A stretch of DNA of 62,169 nt from Octopus sinensis (taxonomy: Eukaryota): positions 1 through 62,169 of the forward strand of contig NW_021833834.1 of NCBI RefSeq assembly GCF_006345805.1. The letters are read 5' to 3'. Shown here in pieces: positions 51,765-62,169 of this stretch. Below the pieces are notes generated by a model. That model searched no databases and was not told where the DNA came from. It saw only the letters and a program-made list of their open reading frames with translations. The translations under genes and the position numbers were made by a program. The first letter of the stretch is position 1. Each line of letters begins with the position of its first letter.

Positions 51765-51867
51765 ATACATACATATATATATGTATGTATATATATGTAT
51801 ATGTATATATATATGTATATGTATATATGTATATATATATCTGTACATATGTATGTGCGTATATATA

Positions 51868-51898
<31 letters not shown>

Positions 51899-51927
51899 GT
51901 ATATATATCTGTACATATGTATGTGCG

Positions 51928-51959
<32 letters not shown>

Positions 51960-52000
51960 CACAAATACGCGTTTATATACGTTTTATTGTATATGCATGT
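50455..52000. repeat. (TA)n/(TATG)n/(TG)n microsatellite field
   Basis: Directly visible. Confidence 0.95.
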
Positions 52001-52153
52001 GTGTGCTAAGATATTCGTATGTAGGTTTGGGTGTGAATGGTAATACATATATACACTTCAAAGGGAAAAAATAGTCAGAGAAAATTACTGACGGCGTTTA
52101 GACCCGACAACCAGGCTCCACGCACGATTGTACTACCAATTTTATTATTCCAG

Positions 52154-52234
52154 ATAGAATTTGATGATATGACATATTACATCGACTGGCGGGATCGACC
52201 AAGAACTATAATGACGTCATATCTCCAGAAATAG
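52154..52234 (+). CDS. Weak candidate terminal coding exon (IEFDDMTYYIDWRDRPRTIMTSYLQK*), product unknown
   Basis: Acceptor CCAATTTTATTATTCCAG; only phase 0 stays open; non-repetitive composition. No homology recognised. Confidence 0.25.
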   Translation: MEFDDMTYYIDWRDRPRTIMTSYLQK

Positions 52235-52436
52235 ATAGCGCAGAATTTTTAAATCCTTCATACACATGTAAACTTGCATAGAGCTAAGTCGAAAAAAAAA
52301 ACCCCCATCTGTTTGGTATGTATTTTGACGTTAAAAGCTTGTTTGTTTTTTCTTTTTATACAGTAGTAGTTGTTGTAGTAGTTTAAAGAACTAGTTTGAA
52401 GTAGAAACACCACAAGCTATAACTTTGTTAGACCCT

Positions 52437-52677
52437 TCTAAAATATTCTTTTTACTATAGGCAAAAGCTCTGATTTTTTTTTTTTTTTTTTTTTTGCAGG
52501 AGAAGCCGTGTCAATTACATCGATCCCAGTCATCAACAGGTACTTATTTCATCGACCTTGAAAGGATGGATGGCAAAGTTGACCCCGGCGGAATTTCAAC
52601 TCAAAACATAAACCCGGAAGAAATGTTACTAAACATTTTGTCCGGCGTGTTAACGAATTCTGCGAGGCTGCCGCCTT
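52437..52677 (-). mobile_element. SINE family B
   Basis: Consensus match from tail to head (..CTGCGAGGCTGCCGCC). Confidence 0.85.
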
Positions 52678-53429
52678 CGACCCTTCCTAAATGTTATTGC
52701 GGTAGAGATAATAGAATGAATTTAATATGGTTCCTGTTAAGTTTAAGCTATTGTAATGTTATTATAAGAATGCATCTCGAAAACAAAAGTGGGAGGTTTC
52801 ATATGAATGCAAACATTCCTGAAGAAGATGGCAAAGAATTGGTTTGTGACACTCGCCGTCCAATCTCGTTTTGCTTAAAGTATGCGATGCCTTGTTTTGC
52901 CCAAGTAAAGAAAATACAAACTTCAGAGGAAAACCTGCTAAACCCTACAAGGAGTTTCTCACCATTACTGCTCTATTTCGGATTTTGAAATACGGCCTTT
53001 GATATTTTTTGTGAAGCAGTTAAATTTAGAACATCGAGACACCCGCAATTACTATCTACATCTCAGTTCGAAACCACTCTTCTAGAAGTAGAGAAGTAAG
53101 GGCAGTAAATGGTGAGTTTTGGTGGCGGTGGTATTTAGCTATACTACAGTCCAACAAAATTAAACCATAGTTTATCTTGTCTGTTTATTTAAGATATAAT
53201 GAATGTTCTCTTCTATTTTACTACAGACAGATCTGCTTTGATAAATGATATTTTTAACTGAACACATTGTGGGAATATGAGCGTGAGTTATGACTTCACA
53301 TTATTGAAGAGCAACTAAAAGCAAGTTATTTGATATATTTATTGACAAACTCTGGGAATGCATTAATTGATTGTTTGAGGTGATTGATTCGGCGGTTGAT
53401 CAGTGAATTGCATGTTTTCGTTGTTTCGG

Positions 53430-54350
53430 TAATTCCATCGAATTGAATGGAATATCATCCATTTCACGTCCTCGTTAAACAACATTAAACTGTATCATCC
53501 TTCTTTCTCTAATTCCGTTATTACCTCAGGTTCCATGCTGATCTAATTGATCATCAACCCCAATAGATTCTGATACTTGATTCTGTCTCTTATCCACTCA
53601 TGTTATTAGAAAAATGTTTTACCTTCCTCATCACTACAGTATGTATTTACTTCAGAACTTTATATTCTGAAAATCCTACTGATTTCGTTCATCTCACCAA
53701 CCTTCATCAATTTACAATTGTCGTCTCGCCAAGTTAACCTCATTTGAGGAACAATCGAGGCCTACAAATGGATATGAACAGCACAGTTGCGTACACCATG
53801 CTTTCTTTCCCGAAAAAGAAAAACAGATAAAATTAATTTAAGGCTAGGTTCAATAATTCTTCTTTAAAACGAACACACAATGGGTAACAAGCGTTTCTTA
53901 TTTCTAAGAAGTCACTCGACTTCTTTGGAATAGCAGTCAAATCTCCCTCAAACTACATTTTCCTGTCTTAAAAGAAAGGGATCGTAGAATAATGTAGGAA
54001 TAAAGTTATTCAATTGATAGTTCTTGATACGATTTCTTTCACCAATGCATTCCAATTTGCAACCAACCGTCGTGTTGTCACATCTCAGTGCCTTTTATTC
54101 TTCTGCTACAATAGCCTCTGCACCATGTGGCTTGCTGGTATCGTTCCACATCCACTCATCAGGCACTCCCAATTCACGTGCCTCTTCTTTTTCGTCATCT
54201 ATACTGTGTCTAGCAAGTTACAAGTCTTGCACTAGCCTCTATGTCCATTATTTCCTCCACAGAATGTCGCTTTCCTGGCATTTCCTTTCTGCTCATAAGT
54301 TTTCTGAAGCTGTCCATTTGAAACCGCTTCAGTCACATCGTTATCGGAAG
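53430..54350 (-). mobile_element. Very decayed LINE (RTE-like) 3' coding remnants
   Basis: Faint similarity such as EWIRDRIK and ILWRK*WT*RLVQD..GVP..WMWND to RTE C-termini; many stops. Confidence 0.3.
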
Positions 54351-54356
54351 TGGGTT

Positions 54357-55410
54357 TAGTTCAGCATAGGTGTTCTCTTTTCCAATGTTCCCTTTTCCAC
54401 TGTTCTTCAGTTTTATGTTAACATCCGCTGGGCAGCTAATTTATACAAATGTGCTTAGTTTCTCTTCTCGATCCCAAATCACTATATCAGGTCTGTGTTT
54501 ATTGAAGTCTTCACTGAGACATTCCACCAGTATTCCATTTGATTATGAGTGGCTATGGCTTCTACCATATTGTGGGTTTTTATTTCTTTGTCCTCGGGAT
54601 TATCCTTCTGACGGATTTCATTATAGAGTGTCCTAGCTGCAACGTCACATCTCATCAGTAGATAATACTGTGATGACATTTTCGAACAACTCTTATGATG
54701 TGGGTGATATCTTCAGTGTGAACTCCACAAAGTCTGCATCGGTTGTCACGTTGCATGGCTTTTCCTGCATCTCCATCCCTTTTGTACATCAGTTACTTGG
54801 TTGATATTTCCTGTTCCTAAATTACAAATGCATACCCTTCAAAGTGGGAGGTGGTAATCCGGCTATTCGTCCATGATAAACTGCTCTGATGATCGATGTT
54901 GCTATCATCACGGAGCTTTCTACAACCATATCCATGCATAGTCTTCTTCTCATAAAGCCTCATCCTTTCATCTGCTGATATGTTGCGGTAGAGTCGTGCA
55001 ACTTCTTTGGGCATGTATTCTAGGTTATCAGACAGAGTGTTGCTCAAGGAGCTGCCTTCCAAGTCTTAAGATGTTATCAGCCTCATGTATGCAAACTTGG
55101 TCAAGGAATGCACTTCGATGCTTGGTGGTATGTACGTATGTATGTATGTATGTATGTATGTATGTATGTATGTATGTATGTATATGTATGTATGCATGTA
55201 TGTATGTTTGTATGTTTGTATGTATGTATATGAGTCTTGTTTAGCAAGTGACTTGGTTTCAGATCGTCTTTCGAGACTGAAGCAATTCCATCGCAGAGAT
55301 AAGATCCAGATGTCTGCGCCAACAAATTTACTCCACAGAGCTCGTGGAAAAATATAGGCAGGTTTTATTTTTTGCGGGATTAGTGTAAACAGATCCTTTT
55401 GCGAAGACAA
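54357..55410 (-). mobile_element. R4/Dong-like non-LTR retrotransposon C-terminus (thumb, CCHC knuckle, RLE), interrupted by (ATGT)n at ~55130-55230
   Basis: HQSSLSWTNSRITTSHFEGYAFVI*EQEI; CRLCGVHTEDITHIISCSKMSSQYYLLMRCDVAARTLYNEIR; EYWWNVSVKT; IWDREEKL..ISCPADVNIKLK..KENTYAEL. Confidence 0.85.
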
Positions 55411-55829
55411 AGAATATAGATGCTAATAACACGGTCGCAAAAGATGTTAAAAAGTAATTAGAAATGGTAGAGGTAGGGAAACAGGTGGGAAAAATAGCGT
55501 TTTCTGTAATGTGAAAGATTGTATGTGTAATATGGAAGATGTGAGAGAAAATAAAATAAGGCGAAGGGGTAATGAAATTTGTATCATGAGGTTAGCTGAA
55601 ATGAAAGAATAAGGGCCAGGTCAGGGGAACTAACGCGAAGAGTGTTATAAGCAGAGGTGCAGGAGGCGCAGGAGGGTAGGGTAATTGACAAAGGGATACG
55701 TACAAAATGAAATAGCTCTTTATACAGACTGAGGGTGGCGAAATGAAGAAAGTAACTAATGAAGTTTTACAAGTGCTAAGAATCAATTAAATTAAACGAA
55801 GCAAAAAAAAAAACATTTAGATTAATATA

Positions 55830-56115
55830 AGCGCAGGTTCCAAGCCACATGGTACCGGATTCAGCCCCACGGTGTCGCACCTTGGACAAGTGTCTTCTGC
55901 TATAGCTTCAAGACGCTCAATGCTTTGTGAGTAGATTTGGTAGACGGAAACTGAAAGAAGGCCGTCGTATATATATACATATATATATATTATATATATA
56001 ATATTATATATGTGTGTGGTGTGTGTGTGTTGTGTGTGTGTGTGTGTGTGTGGTGTGTGTATCTTTGTGTCTGTGTTTGTCCCTCGACCACTGCTTGACA
56101 ACCAGTGTTGGTGTG
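55830..56115 (+). mobile_element. SINE family A, 5'-clipped, interrupted at its 3' domain
   Basis: Consensus match up to CTTGACAACCAGTGTTGGTGTG. Confidence 0.8.
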
Positions 56116-56125
56116 ATAGAAAATA

Positions 56126-56517
56126 TTCTCTTCTACTCCAGGAACAAGACTTTTTGGGGAGGGGGGCCAGTCGATTAGATCGACCCAAGTACGCAACTGG
56201 TACTTAATTTATTGATCCCGAAAGAGTGAAATGCAAAGCCGACTCGGCGGAATTTGAACTCAGAACGTAAAGGCAGATGAAATACCTATTTCTTTACTAC
56301 GCACAAGGGGCTAAACACAGAGAAGACAAACAAGGACAGACAAACGGATTAAGTCGATTATGTCGACCCCAGTGCGTAACTGGTACTTAATTTATCGACC
56401 CCGAAAGGATGAAAGGCAAAGTCGACCTCGGCGGAATTTGAACTCAGAACGTAGCGGCAGATGAAATACCGCTAAGCATTTCGCCCGGCGTGCTAACGTT
56501 TCTGCCAGCTCGCCGCC
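56126..56517 (-). mobile_element. Dimeric SINE family B with 18-bp TSD
   Basis: TTGGTGTGATAGAAAATA at 56108-56125 and 56518-56535; head-body-spacer-body-tail structure. Confidence 0.9.
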
Positions 56518-56995
56518 TTGGTGTGATAGAAAATACTGATGAAGAATATGAAAATGCGAGTAGATCTCTGGCCAGCTGATTGCAGTAAAGTTGATAACAT
56601 GCCCTCTTATAGGTGAACCAAAAACTGTGTGAAAATTTCATGATATGCTTCTAATTTGATGGATAGTAGTGGGGACTCATGAAATTTAAGAACAGTAACA
56701 ACGTCGGATGCAGGAGAGTTACAAGCGAATGTGTGCTGAAGTGGTCAAGTTGTTGAATGAAAAGAAAGAGGCGAATGGACTTTGAACTGCAGATAGGTGT
56801 GTTGCGTGAGTGCTGCATTACGGCTGATGGGCTGGGTTTGACAGAAGGGCGTATCAATGACAATCTAAAGGTGATCTCGAAAGAGGGGAAAATGGTGTAT
56901 CTGTTTCGATTTGCAAGAAGCCCAAATGTTTGTTTCAGGGGCGGCGGAAATAGAGAAATTGGGGGACAGGGATGGCTAATTTGCTGAGTAAGATG

Positions 56996-57308
56996 TACAG
57001 TTGTGGCCAAAAGTTTGGAACATAGGTTTAAAAATTAGACTTTTTGGGGCATTTAATATAAATGCCCAAAATTTGCAAAAATTTCTTAGTTAAAAGTTTG
57101 GAATATAGGCCTGAAAATTAGAATTTTTTATATTAAATGCCCAAAGTTATATTCAATTTGCTAAAAGTTTGGAACATAGGCCTGAAAATTAGAATTGAAC
57201 TATAGGATCAGTTACTAGGTAAGTATATCTCTACGTTGTATATAATTGAATCGAATTGAACAATTTTAATTTTTTAAAAAATGTTCCAAATTTTTGGCTA
57301 CGACTTTA
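56996..57308. mobile_element. Tc1-like MITE with TA ends and three internal direct repeats
   Basis: TA-CAGTTGTGGCCAAAAGTTTGGAACA versus right-end reverse complement TA-AAGTCGTAGCCAAAAATTTGGAACA; AAAAGTTTGGAACATAGG(C/T)..AAAATTAGA occurs three times. Confidence 0.8.
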
Positions 57309-57831
57309 AAAAAAAAGAAAGTCGAGACACATGAGATTCAATGTGGAACCGCGAATTTATGTGAAAGAATAGAGACAATCAGTAGAGATAGAGATGTGTA
57401 GAAATTAAGTGAGTATCAGAGTTGTAGGGAGATGCATTGCAGTGCGGGAGGTAATTTTTATGAAAGATATGAAAAGTGTGAGTTTATCTCTGGTGCATGA
57501 AGTGGAGACGATGCGATCATAAATATATTACACTCAGTTTTTTAACTTGATTCAACTTGTGATACTTCCGCCTACTCACATCCCTTCAATCGTTGTACAT
57601 TGTTTACATTGTACTATAATTAGCGATGTGTATCTATGGCATATCATTGATTTCAATAATTGTAATGTGTTGTTGTTAATATATGCAGTTCATGTAGATA
57701 GCGTGCGAATCTACTGCCCTGTTTTGTTTTGGTTTATATCTGCTTGCGTTGGTATGTACATACACATATATACATACACGCATATTTATATAAACACACA
57801 CACGTACATATATACAAACACACGTACATAT

Positions 57832-58270
57832 ACTCTTTACTCTTTTACTCTTTTACTTGTTTCAGTCATTTGACTGCGGCCATGCTGGAGTACCGCTTTC
57901 TTTAGTCGAGCAAATCGACCCCAGGACTTATTCTTTGTAAGCCTAGTACTTACTTTATCGGTCTCTGTTTTGCTGAACCGCTAAGTTACGGGGACGTAAA
58001 CACACCAGCATCGGTCGTCAAGCGATGCTGGGGGGACAAACACAGACACACAAATATATACACACACATATACACATATACATTTATATATATATATATA
58101 CATATATACAAAGGGCTTATTTAAGTTTCCGTCTACCAAATCCACTCACAAGGCTTTGGTCGGCCCGAGACTATAGTAGAAGACACTTGCCCAAGTGACC
58201 CGCAATGGGACTGAACCCCGAACCATTTGGTTCGTAAGCAAGCTACTACCACACAGCCAACTCCTACGCC
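57832..58270 (-). mobile_element. SINE family A, full length
   Basis: Head through (GAGTAAAA)n tail. Confidence 0.95.
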
Positions 58271-58287
58271 TATATAATATATATATA

Positions 58288-58655
58288 TACTAGCAGTATC
58301 GCCCGGCGTTGCTCAGTTGTAGGGAATACTATAAAGCATTTTTAGAGAGTTATAGCCAAAAAATAGCAAAAAAATCATGGTAAATCTTTTTTTGAGTTAA
58401 AAAAGTTGAGTTGCGTCCCCTAGACCTTCTGTGGTTTGTTTCTGATTCTCGACCCCCATGTCGATTTTATCGATTTTTTTCAGAACTGGGGGGAACTTTT
58501 CAAAATTTTCGCGTCGTTAGTTTTGAATTATGACATTGGGCTATTGTGTGTCAAGTTTCATCAGAATCGGTTGAAAGCCGTGGTCAGGGTGAGGTACAAG
58601 CAAACAGACACACAGAAACACGCACAGACAAAATCTGCGTTTATATATAGAGAGA
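58288..58655 (+). mobile_element. Non-autonomous Helitron-like element (Lep1/HINE-type layout)
   Basis: Begins TACTAGCAGTATCGCCCGGCGTTGCTC; near the 3' end AAGTTTCATCAGAATCGGTTG, then ACAGACA-type microsatellite and TTTATATATAGAG; sits in (TA)n. Confidence 0.65.
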
Positions 58656-58735
58656 TATATATATATATATATATATACAACACGCATACATATATACACA
58701 ATCCAAATACTACACCCACACACACACACATATCG

Positions 58736-58915
58736 AGGGTGCATGCCCTAGTGGTTAGGATGTTGCACTCACGATTGTAAGATTGTGCTTTCAATTCTTG
58801 GACCGGGTGATGTGTAGGGTTTATTGAGCGAAACACTTTCTCTCGGGCTGCTCTGCGATCACTTTGACACTAGCGTGTGGTACACCGTGCCGAATTTCAG
58901 GCAACTTCGCTTTGA
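58736..58915 (+). mobile_element. tRNA-derived SINE family C, degenerate
   Basis: GAGGGTGCATGCCCTAGTGGTTAGGATGTTGCACTCACGATTGTAAG..TTTCAATTCTTGGACCGGG with A/B-box-like motifs; ends at (GA)n. Confidence 0.7.
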
Positions 58916-58919
58916 TGGA

Positions 58920-58978
<59 letters not shown>

Positions 58979-59126
58979 TGTACAGCACATGCATTTGATT
59001 ACTATAAACAAATCATTTGTTGTATAGGTTGTTCAACAAGAAATTGTAGAACAATCTACCTCGGACTATGAGTGACTAAAACCATATTACATATATATAG
59101 GTAGGTGTGTAGGTAGGTAGATTGGC

Positions 59127-59164
<38 letters not shown>

Positions 59165-60808
59165 AATTTACTTGGAAGAGGATGCATGGCGTTCAATCAT
59201 ATAATAATATAAATAATATGTATATATATATATATATGCATATATACATACGTATATGTACATACATCTCTACGTATATATATATATATATTATATAATA
59301 TATATATATATATATATAAACAAATCAAATTGCGATAAAATAAAAATAATTATAATCGCTGGTATTACTAACACAAGCCATTATTTTTCATATATCAGTA
59401 ATAAGGCGACATATTTGCTAGGAATACAGAAGCTTGATAAATTAAGTGAAATGAAGATAACAAACATTACTAAACCGGAAATTCTCAGACTGCAGTTTTC
59501 TTCTATTCATCAAACAAGATAATTTATTTGCCCAGGGAGAATTCTTCAGTGAGACCCTGTTTTTCTGGGATCCTAACTCACTAGAAGCATGTGCGTCTAA
59601 TGAATTACTCTTCCTAACTATCATATCACTGCGCAGACTCCGAACGTCCCGACAACACTAGGGAATTCTGGGTATATAGATCGCCTGGCGCTCATAATTT
59701 ATCGAGAAATATGTAAACAAATCAATTGCGATAACATAAAATAATTTAATCGCTGGTATTTATATATATATATATTTATATATATATAGGCATATGTGGG
59801 CACAGGACGTCACGAAACGTGTACAACAAAAAAATACGAAGTACGAGTACATGGAATATGAACTATTTTTTCGAACAACGAAAGACACAAATGGAAAACA
59901 AGACAAACAACATAAAGAACGACCCTTCATCAGTTGTTGGCTGTTTCTACTCTCGTATTTCGAGCATTTAACAACAATATATATAAAATTTTGGATTTTG
60001 CCAAGGGTCAAAATCGGTAATACAATCAGGACAATGAAAACAAACAGGAAGGGCTGCTAAGCCTAAACGAGGTTGTGGTGGCGAACGCGTAAATCAATCT
60101 TGGACAGGAGACAGACAAGAACAACGGAGAGAAAGAAACACAAGTTAGGAGAAGAAAGAAAGATGGCCGATGGACAAATAGGAGCCACTTGAGCAAGGGA
60201 GGAAAAGTGAGGGAGAGAGAGTGTCAGAGTAATACGATAGAATAGTGGCAGAAGAGGAAGTAAAAGAATAAAAGAGAGAAAGAGAAAAACTAAAGAGTAA
60301 AAAGATCGCATAGAGTGCGCATCAGAATTAAGATAAAATTTACTTGGAAGAGGATGCGTGGCATTCCATCATATAATATAAATAATATATGTATATATAT
60401 ATTTATATATACTTTATATACTTTTTTTACTCTATCCATAAAAGACAGATTCTAGTTTCCATTTAGACTTGATAAACTAGCCTATAAATTACCCCAACCC
60501 CCACTAATAATAAATCTAAATACAAAGTATAATCAATGATAAGCAGTATCTTCCTGTGAAAAAATATCAGTTACTACTATGATATTGCTGATGAAACTTG
60601 TTCTTTGTCTATCTACTTATCCTCTTTGTGATTTTGGTTAATAAAATAACTATACAAATGAATCCTTTGAATTTAACTACATTCTATTTTTTTTGCAGCT
60701 GAAGATTGCTCTATATTTTAAAACTGATGTATTATTTTCAGTGTTCAATTAAATGAAGTCGCATGAAACGATCGTATGCATTACCCTAGATATCCTTGTT
60801 GCTTATTT

Positions 60809-60844
<36 letters not shown>

Positions 60845-60892
60845 ATATATAATAGATATATATATATATATATATATATATAATAATTATAT

Positions 60893-61295
60893 ATGCGCCT
60901 CTATACGATCTTTTTACTCTCGTTCTTCTCTTTCTGTCTCTTATTCTTTTATTTCCTCTTCTCCCACTATTCTATCCTATTACTCTGTTACTCTCTCTCC
61001 CTCACTCCTCCTCCCTTGCTCAAGTGGCTCCCGCGTGACCATCGGACATCTTTCTTTCTTCTCCTAACTTATGCTTCTTTCTTTCTCTCCGCTGTAGCTG
61101 GAACAAGCTGGCCATGATAGACCGTTAGCCACTACACATTCTTTATTTTCTCTCCTTGTTTCTTTCTTTGTTCCTTTCTGTGGAAGAGCGTAGGCTCGAA
61201 ACATTAAAGACTTTTTCATTTCCCGAGCGTTAAGCTAATACTTCTGTTTGTTGTCTGCATCACCCGTCTTCGTCTTTTGTTTTGTTTTATTGTGA
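60893..61295 (+). mobile_element. Family-3 repeat with hammerhead-like motif (61174-61209); 60893-61095 is inverted relative to 60122-60322
   Basis: CTTT-CTGTGGA-A-GAGC(gtag)GCTC-GAAA-CAT-T/AAAG; upstream pyrimidine-rich arm ~80% similar (by eye) to the reverse complement of 60122-60322. Confidence 0.7.
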
Positions 61296-61347
61296 ACTCT
61301 CCCTATATATATATATATTTATTTTACATATATATATTATTTATATC

Positions 61348-61392
<45 letters not shown>

Positions 61393-62169
61393 AAGAAAGA
61401 AAGAAAGGGGGAGACAGGGGGAAAGAGAGACATGCTATGAAACAACTGTCGTCCGTACATCACCTGTTCTACTCTTTACGTTTTGGATTTTTATTTGCAT
61501 TTTTGGCACCTTTAGTTGCTAAACCATGAGTTGTATGACGAGCGCCAGCTTATCGAAATTCCTTTTAATTTAATTTATTTTAAATTCGGTATGGGAAGAA
61601 GTGTGTAACTTATGATGTTATTAAACATGTCTATCGTATATTGTCCACTTTTTGTCATCTGTAATAGCCACATAAATTCTTCATATATGTAAATATATAT
61701 GTATGCATACGTATGTATGCATATCTACATCTATGTATACATGTATGCAGGAAAAAAGGTGGAGATAATTCTTACTTTTATTCAAAACATTTTAACATCT
61801 TACACATCTTTAGAGACTGCATAATAAACGTAAATAACCATCATGCTATATATAATGGATAGTACTGTTGCATCAAGAAAAATAACTAAAGCAATGTTTG
61901 TTTATGTCTATCTTATAACATAAAGTTTATTTATTTTTGTTATGCAATCTCTAAAGATTTGATGATGTAATCAGTTTACAAGGCTTTTCTTTACATAACT
62001 GATATTGTTAATAAAACACGTGTAAGATGTATTGGATAAACGTAAAAATTTGTCTCTACACTTGTTTTATATTTTTACTCAGCATTCATAATAAGAGATT
62101 GGAATTACAGAATGAATATGATTCTGTTGAAATATAACTCAGAAGACATGGCGTTCTAAGCAATACATA

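Noticed and set aside
59920-59985. Hammerhead at minus-strand CTGATGAAGGG
   Set aside because: No stem II followed by GAAA downstream; the nearby GCTCGAAA lies upstream and cannot be folded into a core.

Overview
AT-rich, microsatellite-saturated animal genomic DNA. The SINE families and repeat landscape look like an octopus (coleoid cephalopod) genome; this is inferred from repeat resemblance, not from a search. No host protein-coding gene can be identified with confidence, so the window is probably intergenic or intronic, with only a few weak exon candidates. Most sequence is transposon-derived: ~30 copies or fragments of three tRNA-derived SINE families, two decayed mariners, Tc1-like and GG-ended MITEs, Helitron/HINE-like elements, RLE-type non-LTR fragments and several Penelope-like elements (PLEs, RT + GIY-YIG). 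The main signal is at least three unrelated families of minimal type-I hammerhead ribozymes carried by PLE-type repeats. These include (i) a 583-bp foldback insertion with a 12-bp TSD, made of two head-to-head units that each join a tRNA-like Pol III head to a hammerhead-containing tail (11609-12191), (ii) a near-intact Naiad-like PLE with an inverted 5' pLTR and tandem 3' pLTRs (29121-32445), and (iii) non-coding pLTR-only derivatives. Almost all long ORFs in the supplied track are microsatellite translations. Coordinates were counted by eye and may be off by a few bases.
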